This document shows, piece after piece, positions 32,001 to 40,765 of a stretch of DNA of 64,000 bases (its first letter is position 1; the number at the start of each line of letters is the position of its first letter). Source of the stretch: a virus (lineage: Duplodnaviria > Caudoviricetes); the IMG/VR virus record IMGVR_UViG_3300028048_000038, positions 192,001 through 256,000 of that record. The stretch is one strand, 5' to 3'. The notes under the pieces are model-generated. The model saw only the letters and a list, made by a program, of their open reading frames with translations, was not told the origin of the DNA and made no database searches. Both the position numbers and the translations under genes were made by a program.

Positions 32001-32970
32001 AGTCAAGGTTCATTGGTATTTGATAACACCAAACACCATCACTATCGATAAGTCTGTTTCCTTGTATTTGATAACTTTCAACTAATCCATCGACTGTCTT
32101 ACGAATCATTTCAATAGTACCTTCACCAGCCACTAATTGATTATTCATACCGTTATCTTCATCTGGAGCACACTTATGCCCAATAGCATTAGCATCATTA
32201 TCTGAAACAATAGAACCCATGAATATACAAGTTGGCTCGAACTTATAATCAACTTGCATATCGCATCTTGTAATCGCTGCGATACCGTTATTTATGTCAC
32301 CCCAAAATGGATATACAAATATGCTCTTATCTTGTGAAATAATCTGTCTTAAGTTATCAAGATTGGTACTTTCCTTGAATTGGTTTGCATTATCAAATTC
32401 AGTTATATTATAACCTTTATAGATAAAATCACGTGGTTTTTGTGACAAAATACCTATATCTGAAAGGTCTATATCAGTATGAACTTGCTGTGAACCAGTA
32501 GGTACACCGAATATCATGTAGTCACCAGCTTTATTTGTGACTGTTGTGTACTTCCAATATTTTTCATAGACCTCAAGATATGTATTATCATCCAATAAAA
32601 GTCTTTTACTAGGAAATGTTCCAACAATCCTATAACACTCGTCATCGCTATAATCTGGTAACAAATTATATCTAATGTTATTTCTATCCTTTGTTGTTAC
32701 ATCTTTATATGGATAGATATTTTCAATTTCAGTGGTATCGGTTGTGTCTCTTTCAATAAACACAGATACCTTTGCATTTGGAATTCCAAATGCATCATTA
32801 GCAAGAATTCTTCCAACTATAACGCCATAGTTGGAAGAATGTAATTTATAAGCATCCTTCTGTGCAAGTTTCAATGACAAGACTTCAAGAAAATCAAAAT
32901 CTTGTTTCATATTTACATTGAGAACTGTGTCACTAGATATATTTGTATGTATTCTATATGATTTTTCCAT
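26068..32970 (-). CDS. Very large baseplate/tail-associated protein with an internal hydrophobic segment
   Basis: 2300 aa; N-terminal carboxypeptidase-regulatory-like segment (GIPNAKVSVF...TNKAGDYMIFGVPTG); follows the gp6-like gene. Confidence 0.65.
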   Translation of the reverse strand: MEKSYRIHTNISSDTVLNVNMKQDFDFLEVLSLKLAQKDAYKLHSSNYGVIVGRILANDAFGIPNAKVSVFIERDTTDTTEIENIYPYKDVTTKDRNNIRYNLLPDYSDDECYRIVGTFPSKRLLLDDNTYLEVYEKYWKYTTVTNKAGDYMIFGVPTGSQQVHTDIDLSDIGILSQKPRDFIYKGYNITEFDNANQFKESTNLDNLRQIISQDKSIFVYPFWGDINNGIAAITRCDMQVDYKFEPTCIFMGSIVSDNDANAIGHKCAPDEDNGMNNQLVAGEGTIEMIRKTVDGLVESYQIQGNRLIDSDGVWCYQIPMNLDYVGTDEYGNIVPTDNPNKGIPTRTQVRFRFSKTETGDEGYSRHTAKYLVPMNPLIMEDKDGNNITPRSQVSGADFEKLYNFGSNTPQSCFRDLYWNNVYSVKNYIPKVQVAHRPYSDNYGALKGSNITDNQNPIPFNKMSIDIPFMYMIVCILFTIVLVIISFINVLVCLLNGMIQLINNVFGLLKKPWPIKYLFKWIPDIPYIPCIPLSAGLTEGNVMYLPGCYCGKGKDAVDCDPEMPNCRKSDNNSELKDKVQQNLALQYNVVKLDLYQDWINGCLYMPLWYWKKTKKQTFLFGLFSRSAKNEFCDCNKRYSRLKTYVTCDIPYSDESLTVNSDVASNDSITMWHKREAKQVRYENGLIKGVKNKDGLTVYYYVAMQPVDEGEYQLISNREAGFKAIRLYATDIILLGNINEDNLYGIPQFFKVLPSTTANIPPIASIEESTSEEDTDVPKYDASEGKDSGTSITTGMDWGYRGDSETPAYKTGLFIDLFCTYAETRLKSCINVERLSELGVSLDMTHNMAYSNGGNGIQTGLIESDGFITKYELDDMNNRSMFATLNHLGFVPQVYLDEIGAKYTTQVEDENTTYLVPKFKYIFPTDFDGRMQGPMNAYKGNFEQAMYDEQDEAYLTFRFGAENYKKGEIGKYHGRIRHFYHAKGSDYHMPLYNNSFYFYFGINKGNTAIDKFTNLFLAECVQNNKDPFSLDVESRPRSYCACPYKGNHKKDSYAYIKVILDDIQAPFSYSLYDSLDNLVVGESDMTATTFTIGDVEDEGKVKYQIPVDDDDDPSTPKVYEAVENDYGLTGLSNQIYSLTVIDDNGKKVSSKIELDMQTMSFAYASYKLGTKFYNTSTSRMSYICNEENDYYGRIVLSGFSVDGMNCELDMPTGDIVPPSYNPDYDGFIVFIKLKRVENGETVFQTGEISEGCYVYLAIKNLESEHVGDIKKCFCNGETPRIRIYADGEGANATKYMQIDVYQPKKYSISMYQVCNGKLITDNSYTEIVRVFNGENFNAFLNDMPVRFMLGTNSDDENASISNTSMFYKSDLIENATDRNICGWFGVHQEDSYQFGRPDTITVSRNQVVWEDFIDFGNASITSPSVKLLIINYKFKKMFSLSDAVYTTYEFNYHAIGGVQPTLYRSVLPAYADSNNAKSTYYLDDVNMATVTKKYPNIIGNNYSGGWGIREGVNNPRLNTYDGQYERGYYANTAIGNYFAAFSNNGGYKNKKELDLSMSSLRSPSFASVSPYDSNTPKEIGKIIKGSIGNFERVYKRLQHPQHLDNDRNRNTLPYLRAMAVDRRLDYDLTFIGPVIGSTFSLYENPTTEGTLIDKNRPWKAARIFGTVYGGIEMSYDSDFSIISADTTTDDDGNLVSVSSNKFLEYSYTISQGDSDAKTIYNKPTDVFWDGDTSTANKTMNKRFYEATLCGVDIRNYFWSTFNKNRLSKFITDPLPQGQGGKGLDKLRATPNPYVFSYPSTQTNLYNGDFNREDVIRPNNYPTKRFIDVCNILPLGTYNFRVTSCSYGGVQTTINEDATISAEVKEGETFDLDFEFDKPVRFMQPSSNNRTLGNVEYRLNGTSDGYSLFIANAANLIFTISQKSANDFDIYTRLPRLIRVLPYTEINRDGVIIKVDGITYIKTTTPNGEIAAEKSLDDAMNNVTFYQFRGDASIISLLFGGHDVVLPEGFEYREELRDNYNNEIWGRFLYNTSDESYVTSDSDAFNKVTFMKSLDHNVFNSVKAFSVLVDRVYVSNADNMLINNIRTIEISEFIDVRNILLKFDSGTADNPLSYVELRNLETEVEVETEEEEPTTNDESNEGNDTPITDDEPSEETEEGTGESKIYTQTVTFQMCIRLTGDPSTGLTNQAFVDFSNMSFSFMFRKDNDSEDEYYVDCSTVKMMNEETYVQDGKILLQLTMKWSQEMGIMNDDTNRSGRWRCYMLAKTSSGFSYKIGDFLLQAPVQTLPTDPNTPQITIAYILN

Positions 32971-32973
32971 AAA

Positions 32974-33210
32974 TTATCTCATATATTTTGACATGAACTC
33001 TGGTAATACTATTGGTTCACTATTTTTGAAAATCATTTTATATAACGCAATAAAAACTAGTGTTGGAGTTACTACCAAAGCAATTAATATTGCAATGGCA
33101 AATAATATACATCTGTATGTGTATCGATAACACTTTTCTAAAAAAGTCTCATTCACTGGGACACCATATTTATCTTCTATTTCTATCTTCTTTTTACAAT
33201 TACAAGCCAT
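32974..33210 (-). CDS. Small membrane protein with N-terminal CxC
   Basis: MACNCKKK followed by a long hydrophobic stretch. Confidence 0.7.
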   Translation of the reverse strand: MACNCKKKIEIEDKYGVPVNETFLEKCYRYTYRCILFAIAILIALVVTPTLVFIALYKMIFKNSEPIVLPEFMSKYMR

Positions 33211-33228
33211 AACACTTACATATTATCA

Positions 33229-35217
33229 TTAAACACTTTTACAACGTATTCTTATATCATCACCATCTGGGTTCTTAATCTCCCACATTGAATTGAAGTC
33301 ACTATAGAGCACCTTTTGGGTTGCGTCCAAATCCAATTGTTTCTGTCCGCTAAACAGTGACTCTTGAGCCGTATCACAACTGTTACCTTCTACTATCGTT
33401 GGAAGAGGACAAACATCTGTGCTGTATCCATTGCCACTGAGCGTATAGATTCTAAGGTTAATAATGCTTATGACACCATCTTGCATGTTGATTTCCTTTT
33501 CCAAATCACCAACAAATATATCCTCGCCCATATCGTGCTTGTTAACACTGAAATATTCAGAGATATTTGTTATGACATTTGATATTACATTGGCTGCATT
33601 ATAGTTCTTATCGATGAACAAATCAACAGCAACGCCAATATTATAGATTCTTCCACTCCTAATCTCAATATAATCATTTATCTGCTTATAGTGAGACATG
33701 TACTCAATTGTGTTATTTACTAGAGTTTGAGGTAGCAATGATGTAAGTTTACCATCGCCATCCAAACCAAGCATGTCAATTTCTATCTTATTGTTAGTTT
33801 CGATAACGCTGCTTCTGAATGGAGCACCATATTTAGGCGGCATCTGCATTAACTTAATCTTATAATCCTTTACAGTTACGGCACGATTCTGAGAAGAAGT
33901 ATTGTACTTCATAAGCGCCTTGATTTCCTCAGTTGATGGCTCATTCTTACCAGCCAATGCTGTTGAGATGTTAGTAACCTTCATGGAATTGATAACATCA
34001 CCTCGTATACTACCGTTAGTTCCTTCAGTATTACCCCAATCTATATTTGCTATTGTAAGTTTATTGATAGAACCAGGCCCTAAATTAGTGGATACACCAC
34101 CCCCTACTCTATATAGGACGAACATAGTCCACCCTTCTTTTGGAAGAATACCTAACATATCGTTGTTTATTATCTTTGAAGCAGCATACTCACCATATTT
34201 GGTAGTGCCAGTTGGAACGCTGTCATAAACGTTTCCAGCACCAAATATTATCTTCATATACCCATTATCAGTAAATTCTGTAATGAATTTTTGAGTTAGT
34301 GGTTTCCATTTACCACAATAATATCTAGTTGTTCTAGTTGATGTGCCACCACTGCCTTGTGTGACATCTGTATATACATCTGGATTGTATATATCCTTAA
34401 CAACATTGTTATCAACCTTATTGAATTCACTGCCAAATCTCCATTGGTCTGCCAACGAATCACATTCAAAGAAACGGTATGTCATAACAGCTTCCTTGGT
34501 TATTCTATATTCTTCAGAATCAATATAATATTCATATATCTCAGGATTCTCATTAAAATCAGAACTCTCCTTAAATATAATTGATTCGATGTTCATCACA
34601 TTAGACTCTGGCAACACAAATTCCATAAATGGCTGTAAATCACTTGAATATATGACTTTCTTATATACTTTGGTATTACCATTGATTACAATGGTAGATT
34701 TTGTGACGGTATATCCAGTTATGTTACCATTATTATCTCTAGATGGAACAATCTTTCTGTTCGAATAGCCATCACTATTGAACTGTTGTTTGAAATCTAT
34801 ATTCTCAGTAAGCTCAAAGTTATAGGCGCCAGCAGAAACAATACTAGTTCTCTGTAATATAGGGGCATATCTCCAATCTGGCAATGATATATTATCAGAA
34901 CTAACTGGCAATTCACAACTAATTTCAACTTCACAAGAAGATGCTTTGCGTCCAGGGATTTTCAAACCATTGGTTCTTGCCATATTCAATACAGTACTTC
35001 TAAGATTCGCACTATCAATATTTGTCTCTTGATACTGTCTGTCGATATGATAAGAAAGTGAATCGCCTACGTCAGAAACAAGGTCAATCATCCAAGAACC
35101 AATGCTTGAATCATTGAAGTCATCAAATAACTCAGGATAGTATTTATTGCTAAACTTTATCAGCTCTTCTTTAATTGATTCAAAATCACGAGCTAAATAA
35201 TTAATCTTACGATTCAT
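33229..35217 (-). CDS. Baseplate wedge subunit (T4 gp6/baseplate J-like)
   Basis: NYLARDFESIK, YRVGGG, QNRAVTVKDY. Confidence 0.85.
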   Translation of the reverse strand: MNRKINYLARDFESIKEELIKFSNKYYPELFDDFNDSSIGSWMIDLVSDVGDSLSYHIDRQYQETNIDSANLRSTVLNMARTNGLKIPGRKASSCEVEISCELPVSSDNISLPDWRYAPILQRTSIVSAGAYNFELTENIDFKQQFNSDGYSNRKIVPSRDNNGNITGYTVTKSTIVINGNTKVYKKVIYSSDLQPFMEFVLPESNVMNIESIIFKESSDFNENPEIYEYYIDSEEYRITKEAVMTYRFFECDSLADQWRFGSEFNKVDNNVVKDIYNPDVYTDVTQGSGGTSTRTTRYYCGKWKPLTQKFITEFTDNGYMKIIFGAGNVYDSVPTGTTKYGEYAASKIINNDMLGILPKEGWTMFVLYRVGGGVSTNLGPGSINKLTIANIDWGNTEGTNGSIRGDVINSMKVTNISTALAGKNEPSTEEIKALMKYNTSSQNRAVTVKDYKIKLMQMPPKYGAPFRSSVIETNNKIEIDMLGLDGDGKLTSLLPQTLVNNTIEYMSHYKQINDYIEIRSGRIYNIGVAVDLFIDKNYNAANVISNVITNISEYFSVNKHDMGEDIFVGDLEKEINMQDGVISIINLRIYTLSGNGYSTDVCPLPTIVEGNSCDTAQESLFSGQKQLDLDATQKVLYSDFNSMWEIKNPDGDDIRIRCKSV

Positions 35218-35220
35218 ATA

Positions 35221-36135
35221 TTAATGTCTTTTAATTTCATTTATTAATAAATCTTTATTTGTATATACGCCATCATATTCAAATGTTGAATAATATAGTA
35301 AGAAGATGTTATTTTTCTCACATAGGATTTTTTTCTTTTTATCTCTTTCAATTCTTTTTTCAAGTCCTCTCTCCCCACCAAAAAAATCGACAACCTCAAA
35401 ATGTTGTATACCTTGGCACTCTATTGCTGCGTTATATTCTGGCAGATAAAAATCCAAGTGTTGTTGTCCTAGCCAATCAAATGTTTTTTTGTGAATATAA
35501 TTAATGCTAAGTTTATCCAAAAATACTCTAATTTCTTTTTCCAAACTACTCTCTGAACAAATTGGGCAACCACATCCTCTCAAATGGTGATGTGGTGTTT
35601 GTAAAAACTCTCCGTGTTTAGGACAAATAATACAAACATTTGTATCTCTATTAATGTATTTTACTTTTGAATAATCATACTTATTGTCATGGATTTTTAT
35701 AGCCTCTGCAATGAAATTTTCTTTTGTTTTTCTTTGCTTATTGTGGCTTGAAATCTGTCCGCATTTTTTACATCCATGACCATTTAGTAAATGATATGGC
35801 TTAATCTCAAATTTTCCATGAATAGGACAAATCAATTTAATCTTTGTATGCATACCAATATAATTCACTAAAGAGTAATCATATTGTGGAAAAATTGTTT
35901 TGGCTTTTTCAATAAAATGTTCTTGAGAAATAAGTTTCTTTTTACTCCTAGTCTCTATTCCACATTTTCCGCACATATGTCCACTTAGAAAATCGTTTGG
36001 TCTTATCCAAAACTCTCCGTGTTTTGGGCATATAATACATACTTTAGTTTTATTGTCTTTATATTCAACTTTTGAATAATCGTATTCTTTGTCTTGAACT
36101 AATTTGGCTTTAACAATGAATTCCTCTTTAGTCAT
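35221..36135 (-). CDS. Putative homing endonuclease, paralog of 15514..16671 (three CPxHG repeats)
   Basis: CPKHGEF repeats; HLDFYLPEYNAAIECQGIQH; sits between the gp25-like and gp6-like genes. Confidence 0.8.
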   Translation of the reverse strand: MTKEEFIVKAKLVQDKEYDYSKVEYKDNKTKVCIICPKHGEFWIRPNDFLSGHMCGKCGIETRSKKKLISQEHFIEKAKTIFPQYDYSLVNYIGMHTKIKLICPIHGKFEIKPYHLLNGHGCKKCGQISSHNKQRKTKENFIAEAIKIHDNKYDYSKVKYINRDTNVCIICPKHGEFLQTPHHHLRGCGCPICSESSLEKEIRVFLDKLSINYIHKKTFDWLGQQHLDFYLPEYNAAIECQGIQHFEVVDFFGGERGLEKRIERDKKKKILCEKNNIFLLYYSTFEYDGVYTNKDLLINEIKRH

Positions 36136-36524
36136 TATACTCGTACTACTATACTATCATTAGTTGTTTTATTTCCTTCTGAAACACTGTAATCCAATCT
36201 TACATATATCTCAGCTTCATCCTCTTCATTCTTAACCACTTGTATATTGTTAAGAGTTATGTCCCTAGACCATCTTCTTACAGATTCACTAACCTCATTT
36301 TTAACAGCTTCCCAAGTGATATTCTCATTTGGGTCGAATATGAACTTAATGAGGTCTGTTCCAAACTCTGGATTTCTGATTCTTTGTCCCTTTGGTGTAA
36401 AGACAATATGCATCAGCTCACTTCTAGCCTTGTCTTTAGTGCTACCATTGGCGTTGACAAAAAAATGTTGAAACCCATCACTGCGAAATGGATATGTTAT
36501 GCCAAAGTATTGTTTCTTGTTCAT
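36135..36524 (-). CDS. Baseplate wedge gp25-like (sheath initiator)
   Basis: GITYPF...TPKGQRIRNPEFGTDL..FIFDP. Confidence 0.85.
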   Translation of the reverse strand: MNKKQYFGITYPFRSDGFQHFFVNANGSTKDKARSELMHIVFTPKGQRIRNPEFGTDLIKFIFDPNENITWEAVKNEVSESVRRWSRDITLNNIQVVKNEEDEAEIYVRLDYSVSEGNKTTNDSIVVRV

Positions 36525-36611
36525 TTGAAAAATGTTTTATATAAGTATTTAAAAAATAAGTTTTTTTATCTAAAAAATAAATAAAAAAAGTGCAAGACCA
36601 ACTTGCACTTT

Positions 36612-37238
36612 CTATTCTATAATTGTCCATATTTCTGTGAAATAATTGAAATCATCATATTCTAGAAGAACATATCCACTCTCCCCAAAATTCTTACCCC
36701 AAGAATTCCTTATGATGAATCCCTTGTCATTATAGCCTACAATTGAGATGGCATGCCCACCTTGGAATTCTGAATAATCATTCTTCTTCCAAAATTGCCA
36801 TTTCCTATCGTCATATACTAGCAATCCACCAACACATGGGCCATTCATTATCAAAGCTTGTTTTAATGCCAATTCAGAAGGAATCTTAGCGTATCTGTTT
36901 ATCTTGTATATACCACTTTCGGTTTTAACGCCTTCATGTCTCAAGAAATAAAAAGCATCCTTAAACGACATCCCATCATTACTCTCGTTGGTTCTGTTAT
37001 TGAATATCTGCATAAGGTCAACCTTATTATCACGATGGTTGTCACCGTCTGATAGGTTCTTATTCCAATTTATATAGGCTGAAACTGAGCAAGGAACACA
37101 TATCGGCTTCTGACCTTGATTAATCACGTCAGGGAGAAACTTCTTATATGAATATTCCTTTGGTATATCAAAATCCTTAAACTCATTAAATTCTTGTTCA
37201 CTACCATCTATCTTAGATGCTACAAATCCATAATTCAT
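36612..37238 (-). CDS. Papain-like C1 cysteine peptidase
   Basis: NQGQKPICV, GGHAISIVGY and IIRNSWG give an intact Cys-His-Asn triad. Confidence 0.85.
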   Translation of the reverse strand: MNYGFVASKIDGSEQEFNEFKDFDIPKEYSYKKFLPDVINQGQKPICVPCSVSAYINWNKNLSDGDNHRDNKVDLMQIFNNRTNESNDGMSFKDAFYFLRHEGVKTESGIYKINRYAKIPSELALKQALIMNGPCVGGLLVYDDRKWQFWKKNDYSEFQGGHAISIVGYNDKGFIIRNSWGKNFGESGYVLLEYDDFNYFTEIWTIIE

Positions 37239-37240
37239 AC

Positions 37241-37576
37241 TTACTCAACAATTATTCTTTTAATTATTTTTACACTATCATCCATAGTATCTTCTGCCCT
37301 ATATACAGACTCAGTAAGACTATCCCTCTTCATGTACATGAATAATGAAACCCTTTGATTAGACTCATATTCCTTAAGTCCAAGGAATTTCCAATCAGAC
37401 AACTTCCTTGGCAAAGTGTCTGCAATACACAGAGAATCAAACTGCTGCATTGAAAATTTCTTATTTATAGAATTTAACATTGTATTTCCAACATTCTCTT
37501 CTCCACCATTAGTAGTTATCTTATAAGAGCACCCTAGAATGGTAAACGCAAATAAAAGATAAAGTATTTTTCTCAT
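37241..37576 (-). CDS. Predicted lipoprotein
   Basis: Lipobox MRKILYLLFAFTILG-C. Confidence 0.65.
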   Translation of the reverse strand: MRKILYLLFAFTILGCSYKITTNGGEENVGNTMLNSINKKFSMQQFDSLCIADTLPRKLSDWKFLGLKEYESNQRVSLFMYMKRDSLTESVYRAEDTMDDSVKIIKRIIVE

Positions 37577-37607
37577 AGTTCTTTTTACTATAAATATAAA
37601 AAGGTGA

Positions 37608-38126
37608 CTATTTAGCCACCTTTTTCTTACAAAATAACTTCGTTATATCTTCGAAATCAATTTTTAAAACACCATCCTCTAATTTATTATGCACTAACTT
37701 AAACAGTTTCTGATTCGTAGTTTCTTTATCCAAACCGCCTAAACTTTCGTCATAATGTCCTATCTTGATATAATCAAACCATTTAAAATTTATGTTTTTA
37801 TAGAAATTATCCATTCCACTATACCAACCAACCTTAAGTTCTCTTATCTCGTGAACATATTCTGCCAAAGTGTTTATTGCTTCTGGAGTAGCATCACCTC
37901 CCATAAAACATACTGTTGTGATACCATCGTTCTTGTCAATCAGTCTATTTAACTCATCTATCGTAAGTTCTGTACCTACATCTTCCCAAAGGAACTTTGA
38001 ATGACAACCCTTACAGTGACACGGACAATTCGTTATGTTAATCGCCAACGTTATTTCATTCGGTATTTCCTCGAATACCACCATTGCATTATAATACTTC
38101 ATTATCTCTTCGTTATATAATCCCAA
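37608..38126 (-). CDS. nrdG: Anaerobic RNR activase (radical SAM)
   Basis: CPCHCKGCHS (CxxxCxxC); downstream of nrdD. Confidence 0.9.
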   Translation of the reverse strand: MGLYNEEIMKYYNAMVVFEEIPNEITLAINITNCPCHCKGCHSKFLWEDVGTELTIDELNRLIDKNDGITTVCFMGGDATPEAINTLAEYVHEIRELKVGWYSGMDNFYKNINFKWFDYIKIGHYDESLGGLDKETTNQKLFKLVHNKLEDGVLKIDFEDITKLFCKKKVAK

Positions 38127-38335
38127 TTAGAATCTTTAATATAAAGTCCACATTCACATTTATTTCTCATTGTGTAATCAGTGCAAGGACAGTGCAAATC
38201 TTTGCCCTCATAGTCCTCAGAATCGTGTATACAAGGACATATACCCTCACATTTCTCACACCTCTTAAGAATTGCATTCACAACCTTATCATTTGGGTTA
38301 AGAACCCAGCCTTCTTTCCTATATATTTGTATCAT
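38102..38335 (-). CDS. Ferredoxin:thioredoxin reductase catalytic-subunit-like protein
   Basis: Likely start MIQIYRK at 38335; LNPN...CPC-x13-CPC-x8-CECGLY. Confidence 0.8.
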   Translation of the reverse strand: MIQIYRKEGWVLNPNDKVVNAILKRCEKCEGICPCIHDSEDYEGKDLHCPCTDYTMRNKCECGLYIKDSNWDYITKR

Positions 38336-38356
38336 ATCAATTGTCTTTAGATTAAA

Positions 38357-38381
38357 ATTGGGTACTGCGAGAGTACCCAAT
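38357..38381 (-). terminator. Hairpin after nrdD
   Basis: ATTGGGTACT-ctcgc-AGTACCCAAT followed by a short T-run on the minus strand. Confidence 0.6.
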
Positions 38382-38387
38382 CTTTTT

Positions 38388-40580
38388 TTATTCTTCATTA
38401 TAATGTCTCATATGTTCTTCTACTTGTCTTGCTTCGTTGAAAGAGCTTACACGTTTCAAGTAGCCGATAATTCTAGTTAAGTAGTCAACGTTATGGCTTC
38501 CACACTTAGGGCAAACCTCAAGGGTATCCTTGCTTATGTATCCACAATCGTTACATACTGTGTTCTTACAGTTGAATGTGAAGTAACTACAGCCATATTC
38601 TGAAGCGACTCTTAGCAACTGTCTGTACTGGTCAAATGAAAGATGCTCATTGATGTTCAAGTGTGCTGCTTGTCCTCCATCAAGATACTTCACATAGTTG
38701 TTGCCATGTAGCTTCATCTTATCAAGGATTGAAAGCTCTGTATCCTCTGGATTGAAGAAATAGCTACTGTACATCACGTGCTTTGGTGATACGTAGTATC
38801 CATCTTTCTTATCCCAATTATAGTTCTTGTTTGAAAGGTTCTCACCTGGAACGAACTCAGTATTGTACATACAATCTCTTGTCTTATCTTTCTTGTTAGA
38901 AATGTTGATAGTCTCAAGAATTAAGTTTACAAACTCCTCATACTTGTCGTTAAGGTTTGTGTCAATTGACAAGAACTCTGCTGCATCTGTAAGACCATTC
39001 ACACCGATGGTTAGATACTGTTTCTTCATGTTGATGAATCCAGCTCTATAGATGTCAAGCATATTAGCGTTAAGGAAGTCCTTAATAATCTCATTGAATG
39101 CTCTCTGGTACTTGTGTACCCTCTCGGTCATATTAGTGATACCGTTTGAGATATATTGATAAAGTAGTTTCTTATCCTTTACCTTGTCAATATCCACTTG
39201 TTGACCTTCTTTAAGGATGATTCCTTCGTATTCCTCGAAATATTCTCTTGTGGCATTCTGTATTACACGGTTAAGGTTAATTGTCATAACTGACTTAGAA
39301 CCAGTTGCAACAGATGCTGTACCCATTGAGAATTGGTGTGTTGTGTGGTTGTGTTCATCGTCTTCTCCGTCCTTAAGAGAGTTTCTGAGTCTGCAACAAG
39401 AACTCAAAGAGTCTGGTGAGTCACTCAAATAGCAGAAGAATGAATGTCCCTCAGACCACATTTCTGCTGTAAAATCGGCATATTCCTTGTCAACAACGTC
39501 ATGTCCATCAGTAAGCATGGCCATTGTCTCTACTGGGAATGTTAATACATATTTGGTTCTTTCCTCATTGAACCACTTCATGAATTTCTTCTGAAGCCAA
39601 GATAGTGTTTCCCACTTTGGTGCTGTTCCATCAGGGAACTTGAACTCTCCAAATACTCCATCGAAATAGTTTTTATCAAAATAGCCAACGTTCCAGAATA
39701 CGGTTTGGTATCCTCTGTTACCAGCTGGCATATTCATAGAGTGTACTACTTGTTGGAATGCATTCTCTATTACTTGTTCAAGTGTTCTACCCTTCTTGTT
39801 TAGCTCAACTTGCTTATCAAGTATTGTGAGATAATCATCGCCATAATCCTTTCTTATAAAGTAGTCCATATACATAAGGAACTCTGGGGTGGCAACTGCA
39901 CCCATGAATTGTGAAGATACTGAATAAACGAGATTGATGAATTCACCACAATATGATTTAAGGTCTGTTGGTGCTTTAGATTGTCCTCCAATTTTAGTTA
40001 AACCATCGATGAGGAATGGATACATTGTGATTGCAACGCAATATGGGTATCCTGGTGTTCCACTTTCATCGTGTTTGTACAATACATGTGATTCGAGGTC
40101 TTTAATGTATTGGTCTGCAAGCTTCTTAGTGTACAATACTTTGATTTTATTCTGCATAATGTACCTATTCTGCATGATGTTCTTTCCCTTATGTAACTCT
40201 TGACCCAACGTTACAACGTTCTTATTCTCAACGTTTGCGTTGGAATCGTACTTAGAACCTGTTGATGCATTTGAAGCGTTAATGTAATCCTTTATGAAGT
40301 CGCTATCCTTTTTAAGAGTACTGCTCTTTCCTTCCTTTTCCTCATACTTCTTTATATACTCTCTAGCTACCTTCTTATTTACAGACATAAGGGCTTCCTC
40401 TACTTGTCTTCGTATCTCATTAGAAGATATTTTATCGTAGATAAACAAGTTTCTAATTAAAGACTCAATCAATCCATCAGGACATACTTCACCAGTTGCT
40501 GCATACGCTTCACAGATTCCATGTTTCACCTTCGAAGGGGCATATTCTTCGAAGGAACTATCGCTCTTTCTTACTTCCAT
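38388..40580 (-). CDS. nrdD: Class III anaerobic ribonucleotide reductase with ATP cone
   Basis: N-terminal ATP cone; YCVA; SSCCRL; Zn site CNDCG...CPKCG; glycyl-radical loop RIIGYL. Confidence 0.95.
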   Translation of the reverse strand: MEVRKSDSSFEEYAPSKVKHGICEAYAATGEVCPDGLIESLIRNLFIYDKISSNEIRRQVEEALMSVNKKVAREYIKKYEEKEGKSSTLKKDSDFIKDYINASNASTGSKYDSNANVENKNVVTLGQELHKGKNIMQNRYIMQNKIKVLYTKKLADQYIKDLESHVLYKHDESGTPGYPYCVAITMYPFLIDGLTKIGGQSKAPTDLKSYCGEFINLVYSVSSQFMGAVATPEFLMYMDYFIRKDYGDDYLTILDKQVELNKKGRTLEQVIENAFQQVVHSMNMPAGNRGYQTVFWNVGYFDKNYFDGVFGEFKFPDGTAPKWETLSWLQKKFMKWFNEERTKYVLTFPVETMAMLTDGHDVVDKEYADFTAEMWSEGHSFFCYLSDSPDSLSSCCRLRNSLKDGEDDEHNHTTHQFSMGTASVATGSKSVMTINLNRVIQNATREYFEEYEGIILKEGQQVDIDKVKDKKLLYQYISNGITNMTERVHKYQRAFNEIIKDFLNANMLDIYRAGFINMKKQYLTIGVNGLTDAAEFLSIDTNLNDKYEEFVNLILETINISNKKDKTRDCMYNTEFVPGENLSNKNYNWDKKDGYYVSPKHVMYSSYFFNPEDTELSILDKMKLHGNNYVKYLDGGQAAHLNINEHLSFDQYRQLLRVASEYGCSYFTFNCKNTVCNDCGYISKDTLEVCPKCGSHNVDYLTRIIGYLKRVSSFNEARQVEEHMRHYNEE

Positions 40581-40765
40581 TAAAGCAAAACTTTATTTGT
40601 TCATTAATTTATTATTTTCGATTCGGTTAACCATTAATTTTACATCTGATGTTAAAATAAATATGGAATTAAATCACAAAAAAAACATCAAAAATTAAAA
40701 AAATTGGTCATCAAAATTGCAACTATCTGATAACCAACTTATACTAAAATGAAAAAATTTTTTTT

